Shown: positions 50,790 to 62,764 of the stretch, piece by piece
Position numbering within the stretch: position 1 is the first letter of the stretch
Layout: each line of letters opens with the position of its first letter
NCBI GenBank assembly: GCA_030295235.1
Contig: AP026155.1
Coordinates: 248,001 to 312,000, forward strand
From: Fistulifera solaris
Taxonomy: Eukaryota
Direction: 5' to 3'
DNA length: 64,000 nucleotides
Made by a program: the position numbers and the translations under genes
Notes under the pieces: generated by a model
What the model saw: the letters and a program-made list of their open reading frames with translations, nothing else
Database searches by the model: none
Told to the model about the DNA's origin: nothing

Positions 50790-52953
50790 ATGAGAATGCT
50801 TTTAAGAGCAATAATAAGCTGCAGCGTCCTAAAGCAGGCGTTCGCAAACAGCCTTTCTGATGGTCTACCCGATGAAGCGGCGATGGTGCGACAAGAAGCG
50901 GGGGCGGGAAAATTAGAGAAGGACACAATCGATGCAATATTCGATGAAGACGGAAGCTTGAGCGCGATGTGGGAACAAGAAGCAAAACGCGCTCAACTGG
51001 AAACGAGACGATTATTTTTTTCAAACCATGGTAGTATGCCTCTTGTGCCAACATCGAGTCCTGTTACTCTTCAAACAGCCAGTCCTTCCATTGCACGAAC
51101 CCCGCCACCATCTAGTGGGACATTCCCTCCAGCTTCTGGAGAGACTTTATCACCCTCATCGGAAGGAACACCAGCACCATCTTCTGCAGGAACGTTCTCT
51201 CCAGACTCTGGAGGAACATTGGCTCCCGCTTCCGAGGAGACATCAGCTCCTGCTTCCGAGCAGACGTTGCCTCCAGATTCTGGTGGATCCATAGCTCCGG
51301 TTTCCGAGGGAACTCCCGCCCCTTCCCCGTCGCAGACCAATGGCGGTGATTGTTTGGAGGGTACAACACTGGACGCATATGTGACTACACTTCTGAGTTC
51401 GATAACGTCCGAGGATATTCTTTTAGATACTGCTACACCGCAAGGTCAGGCATTTGCCGCCATGATTAGTGACCCTTTTGTTGAACAGAACGCTTGTAGG
51501 GAAACAATCGATCAGAGATACGGTTTGATGACATTCTACTATTCAACGGGTGGAGACGAGTGGTCAACACAAACCAGCTGGTTGACCGATTCAGATGAAT
51601 GTGCATGGTTTGGTGTAATATGTGGCGACGCTGACTCGCGTGTTACCAATCTGACGCTGGGTACGTCGCTACCGACTAACTGTTCCCTGTCTTGAAAATC
51701 TGCGTCTCATTTTGTCTTTATATATTACTATAGGCGTCAACAACCTTGCCGGACCCATTCCCGAGGAGATATCAACCCTCTATAAATTGACTCGATTGGA
51801 ACTTTTTGGAAATAATCTGACGTCGACCATTCCTGCCGGAATTGCAAATTTGACCGAACTAGCGGTGATTGATTTGGAAGAGAATTCATTGACAGGAACA
51901 CCGCTTTCCGATGCCGTGATGCAGCTGACGAGCCTCACTCAGGCATTTTTCTCGAGAAATGCCTTTGAAGGCACTATTCCGACTACCATTTCGAACTTGG
52001 CTTCATTGCAAGATTTCTGGATCGCTGCCAATTCAATGTCTGGATCACTCCCGGTGGATATTGGGGGTCTGACCATGTTAAGGTCACTGATTATGTATGA
52101 GAATGAGTTCGACGGTCCACTACCAGAGACATTCTCATTCTTGACGAATATTACCAATATGCAGCTTTATGACAACGATTTCAGCGGAAGTATTCCGTCG
52201 TCGATGTTTGGTTTAACTCAGCTCAGTGTTCTCCTCCTGGATGGAAACTTCTTGGATGGATCCATATCCTCCGAAATATCATTTCTAACAGCCTTGACGG
52301 ATCTTCGTCTCCATGATAATAACTTTGACGGCGTGATACCTGATGACATTGCCTTCTTATCTAGCCTGAAATTCCTGACATTGGGCGACACAATGCTGAA
52401 TGGGGCAATTCCAAACGTCTTTACTCTGATGGAAGGCTTGGAAACCATCGATCTTGGAAATAACATGCACACCGGAATTATACCCGACTCTCTCTTCTTC
52501 TTACCTCTTGTATCAAGAGTGTATCTCCAAGGCAATGACTTGACTGGAGCGATACCAGAGAGTTGGTCCGACCCGCCTAATTTGATTGATCTCTTCCTGA
52601 ATGACAATTTGCTTACTGGAAGCATCCCAGCCATCGACGATGGAGAATTCGCTAACTTGCAAGAACTTACCTTACAATTTAATAGCTTGACAGGAGCGGT
52701 ACCAGAGTCCCTTTGTGCCTTGCGAGCTGATGACGGACTCGCGCGGTTATTCACTGATTGCGGCGGAGACGAGCCCGAAGTGGAATGCTTGTTCCCTACC
52801 TGCTGTAACCGGTGCTTTGAGGGAGAGAATCCGGAAGCAGCGTCACCCGAAGCGGGCGGCAACTCCACAGAGCGATTACTAATGGAAAACAAGTTGGATG
52901 GCCGACATTCAGGAACAAGGAGTGATCGATATAGCGGTCTAACACGAAGATAA
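50790..52953 (+). CDS. Secreted LRR protein with PxSxxTxxP repeat stalk
   Basis: QRYGLMTFYYSTGG..W..ECAWFGVIC cap; intron 51661..51733; more than 12 LRRs; TDC...CCNRC end. Confidence 0.88.
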
Positions 52954-53182
52954 TTACGTAGATGTTAAAAGGGGGGCCATAGTTCGGATATGCTGAACAA
53001 CTTATCTGAGTAGAAAAACAAAGAAAACACTGCTTTAAAATAATATGTAACGACATTGTAACGATAAACGTAGCTTTTTGTAATGTGTAAGTCGCCATGA
53101 TGAAAGGACTGGCATTTTGAAAGGAAAGTTCGAAAGATTTCCTTTTCGGTGACAATTTTGTGCGCGGCCTGTAGAAAAGTGA

Positions 53183-53759
53183 TTACTGACGACCCCTTCC
53201 ACGGCCCGCAAAGCCACCACTTCTCCCACCGAAACCTCTTCCTCCGCCTCGACCAGGACTTCTGCCTCCTCGACCACCCGGTGAAAAACCTCGTCCGCCA
53301 CCGCGGCCACCACCTCGTCCTCCTTCTCGCCCTCTACCTCCCCCCGCGACCAGCTCCTCTACCCGCGGGTTTGCCTCCTCCTTGTGGATTTGTGAAACGA
53401 GATAATGGCAAGAGTTTATCAGTGCCAACAAAGACTTGGTCCTTGGGTTGAAAGCTCTTACTCAATACGCCCGGATCCATCTTGACGGTAAAGAAGGTTT
53501 CGTTGACAATCTTGCCGAAGATTTCGTCGACTTTCCCAATTTTTCGCTTATTTTGCAAATAGACGCCGGCATTGAAATAGGGAACTTTGTCGGTGACCGT
53601 CCAACGGCACACCAACTCGGATTCACAATCGTGCTCGACGTAACCGGCTTCGATAATCTCCGCCGGAGGACCTTCGTCGCGGAAACTACTACTGCGACCG
53701 CCTCCTCCGCGTCCACCTCCTCGTCCTCCAGGAGATCGTCCTCGGCCTCGGAATGACAT
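53183..53759 (-). CDS. GAR1: H/ACA snoRNP subunit GAR1
   Basis: RGG-rich ends; GPPAEI, KVPYFNA, IGKVDEIFG, KLLPLSRF; indel in the C-run at about 53343. Confidence 0.95.
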
Positions 53760-53918
53760 TGTTTGTTTGTGCTTGTATTTGTATTGAATGGAAAGAAGAA
53801 CGGCAGTCAAGTAATGTCTGATTGCCGTCAACAGAATCCGGAAGGATACCGGTATTAACCGAAAAATCGGTGGATGGTTGTCGTTCACTTCCCCGAGTCA
53901 TGAGTACCGGTCCCAAGG

Positions 53919-54469
53919 GACTCTAATCCAAAGTGTTGTCTCAACGAAACCACGACTGCATTCAGTCATGAGTCAATTACGTTCAAGCCATAAACGTTTC
54001 TCCGTTTCTTCTGCAGCTTGATGGATGAGCTCTATTGGTTGACGTAGAATACACACATCGAGCCTTCAGTGGCATGAACAATGCACACACACGTCTGTTC
54101 ATGATGACGAAAAAGTCGTGCGGATCGTCGTCTTCCATTTTTACTGTATATTCCAAGTGTAGACGAGGCGGAACACTACCATGACTGCATTTCAGTCATG
54201 AATGACATTCTCGATTTAGCCAGGCGACCCTCCTCATCTATCTCTGTTCGTTCGGAGAGCTTAAGACGGAGTTTGATTTTCTTTTACAAAAGTAATACAT
54301 CACACTTTTTCCGCACGAATCATGCTCGCATCGGTTCCTGAGATGTCGAACATGCGTTTCGATAACGTTTTTGACGATTTTCTTTCGTTCCATTGATGAT
54401 CCGCCAGCATGGACTATAACTCCGAAGTGTAAGAAACCTTTTCGCATGACTGGATTTCAATCATGAATC
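53919..54469. repeat. Three spaced copies of a ~55-bp bipartite repeat ending in a CAYGACTG-N4/5-CAGTCATG hairpin
   Basis: Hairpin cores at 53951, 54180 and 54445, each preceded by ACTnTA..CC.AAGTGT-like sequence; further copies at 50252 and 7690. Confidence 0.8.
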
Positions 54470-54652
54470 CAAATAGTTTTATTGTTGTATCATCGCATTG
54501 TTTTTTCGTAGCAAATACTGAGTATTTTGTAGTGATGCATTTTTTTGTTTTCTTTTTTCTGTTTCGTATCGTCGCATTACCACAAGACGTTTCGATCCAT
54601 TCGCATTATTACTATTACTATTATTATTGCAACAAGATAAACAAAAACACAA

Positions 54653-56080
54653 ATGAACAAAGCTGCACATACGGACGATACAACTTGCTTCACCCGCGCC
54701 CGACCGTTGCACGTTGTGTTGGTGCACGTCGATTTGGGGATTGGGGGTGCGGAACAACTGATATTGCAATTGGCGCAAGCCTCGAAACGCGCGGGACACA
54801 CTCTGGATATTGTGACGACAAGATGTGATCCCGATCATTGCTTTGCGGCCGTGAAACCGGGCGGTGACTTGTTTCCGCATTTGCAGGTCGTGGGCCGATG
54901 GATTCCAGCGACGCTGTTGCACGGAAAAGCCAAGGCGTTGTGTTCGACATTGCGATTGGCGTATTTGGCGTGGTGGACGGCACGGAAACGATCCAAAGCC
55001 GATGTGTATGTGTTAGATGTCTTACCGCTGCCGTTGTGGATCTGGAATTGGATTTCTTCCGCGTCATTGTTGTTTTATTGTCATTTTCCCGACCTTTTGT
55101 TGTTGCGGCGAAATCCCAGCAGTCTTCTCCAACAATGCTATCGACGCGTCATGGATGGAATGGAAGAACATTGTATGAAATATGCGGATTTGATTGCTGT
55201 TAATTCCCAATTTACACGAGAAACGGTACGAAAGACGTTCTCCTCGTTGCAGGATACGGAGCTCCATGTGTTGTATCCTGCTTTGGATACGGCGAGTCTC
55301 GAAAAAAACGAAATTATGCAAGAAGAAGAAGAAGAAGAGAAGGAGGATGGACGTCCCATGATTGTATCACTCAATCGCTTCGAACGGAAAAAGAACCTAG
55401 AATTGGTGTTGGAAGCGGCGGCGTGGTACCAGTCGAATGTTCCTCAGGCATCTCTACCTCGAATTGTCATTGCGGGAGGCTACGATCTGCACTGCACCGA
55501 GAATGTCGAATATTTAAAAGAGTTGCAACAGTATGCCGCAGCCAAGAATATCCCGGTGATTTTCATGAAATCCATTTCCGACGCGACGAGGGCATCGCTG
55601 TTGAAACGGGCAACGGCGGTCATGTATACACCCACCAACGAACATTTTGGTATTGTGCCTCTCGAAGTCATGTATTCGGAAACCATTGTGATTGCAGTCA
55701 ATGCGGGTGGGCCGAAAGAAACCATCGTCGACGGAGTATGCGGATATTTGTGCGAGCCGACGGAGGAAGCGTTCGGTCGAGCGCTACAAACGGTATTAGA
55801 GGCCACTCCCGAGCAGCGAGCGGCCATGGGTCGGGCCGCGAAAGAACGCGTGATTGAGTTCTTTTCAGAAGAGAGACTGATGAGAGAATGGCAAGACTTG
55901 CTTTCCAAAGCGGTATGCGTGGGTCGAAGTCGACAATCGAAATTATGGTGGAGTCCCAAAACGACTCTACAGATCATTCAAGCACTTAGTACTCTTGTCT
56001 TGTATTACTGTTTGACGCGAGTGCTGACCATCGTTTCCTGGTGGTCTTGGTCGTCCGACCATGTCAACAATGAACTGTAA
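54653..56080 (+). CDS. ALG2: Alpha-1,3/1,6-mannosyltransferase ALG2
   Basis: HVDLGIGGAEQLI, LFYCHFPD, VNSQFT, SLNRFERKKN, NEHFGIVPLE. Confidence 0.95.
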   Translation: MNKAAHTDDTTCFTRARPLHVVLVHVDLGIGGAEQLILQLAQASKRAGHTLDIVTTRCDPDHCFAAVKPGGDLFPHLQVVGRWIPATLLHGKAKALCSTLRLAYLAWWTARKRSKADVYVLDVLPLPLWIWNWISSASLLFYCHFPDLLLLRRNPSSLLQQCYRRVMDGMEEHCMKYADLIAVNSQFTRETVRKTFSSLQDTELHVLYPALDTASLEKNEIMQEEEEEEKEDGRPMIVSLNRFERKKNLELVLEAAAWYQSNVPQASLPRIVIAGGYDLHCTENVEYLKELQQYAAAKNIPVIFMKSISDATRASLLKRATAVMYTPTNEHFGIVPLEVMYSETIVIAVNAGGPKETIVDGVCGYLCEPTEEAFGRALQTVLEATPEQRAAMGRAAKERVIEFFSEERLMREWQDLLSKAVCVGRSRQSKLWWSPKTTLQIIQALSTLVLYYCLTRVLTIVSWWSWSSDHVNNEL

Positions 56081-56163
56081 CTATATTATTCTATTCTATT
56101 CTGTGAAGTAACAAATTCTGATGCAATGTATTTTTCTTAGTAAAAACGATTTATAATATGCAT

Positions 56164-59100
56164 TTACAAAGCGTCAAGTTGCTTCTTGAGAGCCTCGATT
56201 TGCGCCTGAACACCTGCCGCTTTGATTGCCTTGACCTTGGCAAGCACCTCATCGGCTTTCTCTTCGAAAAATGCAACGACGGCTTTGTTATCTTCCCAAT
56301 CGCCGCCAAAGAGTCCCTTGAGGTTGTCAATGGCTTGCTCCTTGCTCAATAGCCTGTTGGCAGAGCACATCTGCTCAACGTAAGCATCTTCTGCAATGCG
56401 TCTCTTGGCACGCCAGTAGAAGTATTCACGGGAATCTTCCCAGGCCACGGCATCCCTGATAACTCCCTTGGCCTTCATGCGACCAGTCTTGTCGTGCAAG
56501 TCGCAGAACTCAGTCGCGGCTTGCAGGTACACAGGCTTCAATTGTTCTTCACGGGCGGCAATCTGATCCTTAATGGCGGCCTTGTCCTCTTCGTCGTCAC
56601 ACATCTCAAGCTCGGCGTCGAGCATCTTTAGCTGAGGATCGATGCGGTGCATGACCTTGAGCTGATCAGGGAAGCGGAATTTAATCTCGGCAATACCGGC
56701 GGGCTCCAAGATACCACCACGAGAGTCGGGGTCGGCGTACATCTCCATCTTCTCACTGTTGATGGTTGGGTCAACAACGACCCACGATCCACCACGAAGT
56801 TCACCATGAGGAGGAAGGTAAATGTAGACGGGGTTGCTGTATTCGCGAAGAGCATCAACAATCATCGCACCGAACTTTAGAATCTCACCGGCCATATCAC
56901 GACTTCCTCCGGAGAATCCACGCCAGTTGGCGAAAATCATAACAGGAAGACCCTCCTTGTCGAAATCACGGAGAGCTTGAGCAACCTTGTAAGAAGAGTC
57001 GGGGAACAAAACTTGGCCAGCTTGTGGTTGAACGGCCTCGCGAGAGTTGGGATCAGCAGGGTCGGCGGGAATGATCTTATCAACAAGACGAGTTTCAACG
57101 GCGATGGCACCCATGGGAATACCACCCAAACGACCACGACCAACAACGACACTCTTGCCCCATCCGGACAGGTATTCCTTCCATGTTCCTTCATCGAAGA
57201 AACCAGGCTTGTCGCTAGTACCTGAGAGCATAAAGCGAGGATCATATGGTGTGGGGGTCGGTCGCCAAGCAACCTTGCGGTCGATGGGATCTCCAGCCAT
57301 TCTGGCGGCAGGGGTGGCACCAACTGTCTTGGGGACGAAACTCAACCACTTCATCATTGACGCAACACCGGCCTGGTCGTCTTCTACGACATCGTGGGCA
57401 ACACCGTTGGGGTACATGATTTGTGGTCCACCAAGCTGGTCTTGAGATGTGTAGACTTCGCGACCAAGGAGCTTGTTAAGGGCGGAGTACCCTGTAAGAA
57501 TGATAGGACCCTGTTCCATTTGGATGACACGCTGTCCGAGACGAACCAAGTAGGCTCCGATACCAACACTGCGGCCAGTCACATAACTCAATGTGAAGAT
57601 TTCGTCATAGGATCGTGAAGTCTCTCCTGCAATCTTTCCACTGCCTTGGAGGTTCTCAACACCGATGCCGTGCTTGGTACCAATGACGTCCGTAAGAGCC
57701 CAACCCTCAGGAACCTTCTTTGCAAGCACAGTACCTTCAGCGAGACCCTTGTAATCTTCGTCCGAGAGGTAGAGGTAATCAAAACCCTTGCTGGGGTTGG
57801 AGGGGTCGGAGAACTTGATGTTAATCTTAGACTTGAGCTCATCCACGAGACCGATGCGAGCACCGGCATTGCAAGCAATATAAAGACGAGGGAGTTTATG
57901 CTCACGAGCATATTTGGATGCCTTGAAATACATCTCATCTTCCTCGACTCCGAACGAACCACTCTGAACAGTGACATCATTAGCAATCAAAACAACATCA
58001 CGACCTTCGGGGTATTCAGGGGTTTTCATGGTGAGCTCCCAAGCAACCATACCAACATTGTTGGTTCCTACTGGGCGCGATCCTTTGATCAATTCACCGT
58101 CAGAGCCTTCAATGAGTTCTGTGGACTTGAAAGGCTCAACCGGAATTTCAACGCTGGAGCCTGCCGGAAGCGAATCAATGTACTGGTCCCATTCACTGTA
58201 AAGGGCGACCTCCATAAGTCCCAAGAAATCGTATGCGTAAGTAGATCCAACACGACGCGCAATGGCACGCTTTGTCTGGACGGTCGTCGAGGCACCGTAG
58301 TTATCAAGCAAGCAGGAATCAGTGACACCGGTTTCATCCAAGCTGCAAAACTCAACAGTCAAGCCCGAGGCCGGATCAGGGTTCTCAATGTAAACTGTAG
58401 GTTTCAACCACTCTCCGTCAACCGAAGAAGCAACAAGTCGGATGTTCTGGATGACTCCTCCTTCCGATGCAACACGAACCTTGACTTCGATCTCGTCAAC
58501 ACGGAGCTTGAGAAGACGCTGTGCTAGCTTGGTCTTCAAAACCGACATGGTCTTCTTGAAGTTGGCGGCCAGCTGCTGCGGGGTAACACCCTCGACCTCG
58601 TAAAGAGAATGGAGGAATACACGAGAAGACGACTGCATGCTGACTTTGGGGTTCGACTGGACGCGTTCGAGTTCATCGAGACCGGTTTGCAAAGCGCGAA
58701 TAGCACCATGTTCGGTGACAAGGCCAGGGCTGTGAGAGATACCGCGGACGAAGACCACTTGAGGAGCGCCTCCACGAGGAGCGCGTGCCATCTTTTCACT
58801 TCCGAGGTAAATCTGGACGTTGCGTCCAATAGCAGGAAGACGGTCAAGGTCGAAGTTGGCACTCAATCGTCCCAACTCAAGGAGGTGGTGGAACGTAGGG
58901 CGCATGTTACGTCGGAGAGGGTCCTCACGGTAATCGTCGCATTCAGGGAAGGTGTAGTAAGCAGGGTCTTTCTTTTCTTGGGGGAACAAGATATTTACCG
59001 TACGGACGCCTAGAAGCTGAAGTTTGGCCTTTTCTTTGGCAAGAATTTTTTCAAGTTCGGCAATGTCAGCTCCACCAGTTGAAAGGGCGATGTGGAGCAT

Positions 59101-62100
59101 GTTCAAAGGTCCGGCTTCATTGCGGGCAGGCTTATCACCGATGGCTTCGGACAAGTCATCCAAGATGGCGGGGAATTGCTTGGCAAGGGCAGCAGCATCG
59201 TCCACAACAGAGAGCATGCCTTGGCGTACGGGTGCTTTCGACTTCTCGATTTCGGCCCATTGGAACTGGAAGGTGGTGGTGGCTCGTCCATTGATGTCAC
59301 TGACTTTCACATCCAACATGCGCTGGGCGCGGTAGACACGACGAATGTACGTCTCAAGAGCAGCTCGCTGGACGCTCTTGTCGGAGTCGGCGAACAAGTT
59401 GCTGAGAAGATCGACACCGGCAGAAAGAGTCGAGCTTCTCGATAGCATTTCCAGATCAGTCTTGGAGTCAGCAAGTTGGGAACGAAGTTCAGCGACGCGG
59501 CTTTCGAAGGGAGGAACCTTCGAAAGACGGATCAAGTTGTCGGCCAACAAAGCAATCTCACCATAAGCCTTTCCTTTTAGCGCAGTGAGGTCTTTAAGAA
59601 GACTATAGAACTGTTCAGAAAGTTGAGAAGCTCCGAAGCGATCGATAAGAGCTTCAGCTTGGCGCAACATAGCAAGAACAAGACCGCAACGCTGCTTGAG
59701 AGCAATGTGGGCCTGGTTCTCCTTGATAACGACATCCAAGTTCTCGGTGTTGGCCTTGGTCAACTCGCGAACGACATCATCGCGTAACTTTCCGGCAAAA
59801 ATACTTTCAACACGCAAGAATTCGCTAAGACCTTCGGTGATGAGGGTTGTGGAAGCCTCGAGATTGTCCATGTCAAAAGCGGCTTGCACGGCACGGTCAG
59901 CATCGCCGTTGTAACCCGCAAGAATGTTCTTGATAGCGCTTTCAGGGGGGACGACAGTCGGGACTTCAGGCAAATCAAGCTTGTCGGTGAATGTACCAAT
60001 CTTCTTCACCTTAGAGGGATCCTTCAACTCGAGCGAGGCGAGAAGATCCCCGGCAGAGATGACGGATCCAGGAGAAAGGTTATGGGTAATCTTTCCGCTT
60101 TCTCCAGCCTTGAGCGGCATAATCATCTTCATTGCTTCAACCTCGACGAAAGGCTGACCGGCTTCAACCTCGGCACCATTATCCTGCAAGTAACGCACAA
60201 CCTTTCCAGTAACGTCCGTTCGCAACTCAGATGGATCGAAAATCGTCGGCCTGTAACAAAAAAAATTAAGTTAAACTTCACAACAAGCTTTGACAAGTCG
60301 GCTCACACAAGCGCTTACATGAGAATGGTGTTTCCGTCCAAAACGAGACGAAGACCAAGGGGCTCGTCCATACCGTCAATGCGATGGGTCTCTCCTCCAA
60401 AGGTCGCGAGAAGAGCACCTTCCGCAGTCACAGTGTACGAAACATCAATGGCATTGGAACCAAGAGTGAGGCGGAATGATTCATCAGATGTTCGCTCGAC
60501 ATGGAACGGGTATTTGATGTCCTTGTAGGCCACTTCAACATCGAACGAGTTGAGCGATGGAATGGCAGCCACCGAAACTTGACCTTTCTGGAACGACTCT
60601 TTGATTTCTCTTGCGACAGTCTCGACATGCTTGAAAGCACGGTGCACGGCAGCCGAAACAACCACCAAGTGAGGAGGCAACTCAATCTGGACAAGTTTCT
60701 CGCGGATGATTCCATCCAACCACGAAGTGTCGATCGTGTTCTCAATGAAAGCAGGCGTTTCCAAGAGTTGAACCAAGTATTCCACAGTGGTGCGGATCTC
60801 ACCACGTACTTCCATTTCTTTCAAAGCCAAGATAAGAGATCGGCGGGCCGCTTCACGGTTGGGTCCCTTGGCGAACAAGTGACCGAACTGACTGTCAGCA
60901 AACTCGTGAATTCCACCGTTGGCTCCGACGCTGAAGTAACCCCAAACGTTGCTTGTGGACTGGAACTTGATGCGCTCAATCGATCCAGATGTGGGCTTGA
61001 AACCTTCATCGGGATTCTCGGCAGTGATACGAGCCGCAATGACGTGAGAGTCAATGGGCTGGTAGTCTTCCTCCATAAAGTCAATCTTGTCCGTTCCCCA
61101 CAAATCTTCGCGTCCGTAGAGCTTGCGAATTTCGGGAATGTTGTACAGCGGAATACCCATGGCAACCTGTAATTGAGTGGCAGGCATGTTGACTCCAGTG
61201 ATTCCTTCCGTAACAGGGTGCTCGACTTGCAAACGGGGGTTGAGCTCGAGGAAAAAGTACTTGTCGGTGTCGGCGTTGTACAAGTATTCGACGGTACCGG
61301 CGCCAATGTAGCCAATGGACTGCGTTAATCGCTGGGCGGCACGCTGCATCTCCTTGAATGTGTCGGGCTTGGCAATGGTGGGTGGACCTTCTTCAAAAAT
61401 CTTCTGGAAACGACGCTGCGTTGAGCAATCACGACCGTTCAAGGCCACGGCGTTACCATGCTGGTCACCCACAATCTGTACTTCCAAGTGACGAGCATTC
61501 TTACAGAGTTGCATGACAAAGATAGGGGAACCAACAACTTCGTTTTGAACTTGAATGTAGGCGTTTCGAAGATCTTTCTCGTTGTCAACAAAACGAATAC
61601 CCTTTCCACCACCTCCCTCGGAAGCCTTGATCATGAGACCGTTCTCGTATCCGATGCGCTCGGCGGCTTCCACGGCTTCTTCCACAGTACGGCAGGTGGC
61701 TTTCTCAAAAATAGCGTCGGGGATGGTTCCCTTTTCGTTGAGTTCGGCTTGCAAAGGACCATCGTCGGGGCCTCCGTAACTTCCACTCCACGGAATGGAG
61801 GGCACATTGGCGGTCTGCGCCAAAATGTTGGCGGCAATCTTGTCTCCCAGTACCGCCATGACCGGAGCCGTGGGTCCGATGAATTTAATGCCCAAAGCGT
61901 TCAGTGTCTCGGGCAGTTCGGGCTTTTCGGACGCGTGTCCCCAACCGGGCCAGACGGCGTCCACGCCTTGTTCTTGCGCAATCTTGCTAATAACAGCCAC
62001 GTTGGCGTAGTTGTTCAAGTTCTTACCGCCGGGAACTTCAACAAAGGAATCGGCCAAGCGAATAAACTCAGCGTTGGCCTTCAAGTCTTCCGGAGTGGCC

Positions 62101-62764
62101 ATGGCCACAAAGGTAATGGCGCGCTCGTCGCCGAGTGTCATGTACGCCCACTGACGCATCGAGAGAATTGATTTGGTCGCCGCCATACCGTTGTTCGCAA
62201 TGAGGACTTTGCGAATGACACGGTCACCACCACGGCTCTTGACGTAATCTTCGAGTGATTTGATGGTCGAGACGCCGCTCGCACTGGTGGCACTCGACTT
62301 TTCGACCGTCGACCAGAGTGCCGTGTCGAAATGCTGGAGTGATGATTTGTCGGCTCGGGAAAGACCATTCTTCAAAAATGCAGAGGGTGCTTGAAGAAAA
62401 GAAAGGATGGGTGAGAAAGAGGGTCACAAAGAACAAAACAGAACTGGGTCGAAACACAATAAAACAAGACATGGATCGACAAGATCCGTGTCCAGCGAGA
62501 ATTAGGATCCAGGAACAACTCCGAGGCATGACGAGACAGCCTGGAACTATAGATACCGCTGTGATGAATCCAGTCAAAAGGAGGAAATCCGTACAAAATT
62601 GAGACAAAGCAACACGCCTTGCTCTCAGGAAGCACACGTCCTCAGTTGCGACAACGAGGTGCGTGTGATTGGGTCGACTTACAATTTTGAGTAAATGCTG
62701 ATACACCACTAGCAGCACTCCACAGTAAGTAGAGTGCCGCGGCAGCGTACCCTCGGTGAAACAT
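56164..62764 (-). CDS. ACC1: Plastid-targeted homomeric acetyl-CoA carboxylase
   Basis: BC domain (VLIANNGMAA, IKASEGGGGKG), biotin motif EAMKM, CT domain; exon 1 with signal peptide and VSA-F (62764..62683); intron 60251..60318; first acceptor uncertain. Confidence 0.97.

Noticed and set aside
54095..54140. Box C/D snoRNA near GAR1 (ATGATGA at 54101)
   Set aside because: No suitably placed D box with a terminal stem was found.
53919..54469. CRISPR array
   Set aside because: Eukaryotic context, only three degenerate units, intervals over 200 bp and no cas genes.
56628..62171. Long antisense and alternative-frame ORFs over ACC
   Set aside because: Expected shadow of strong codon bias in a highly expressed gene.
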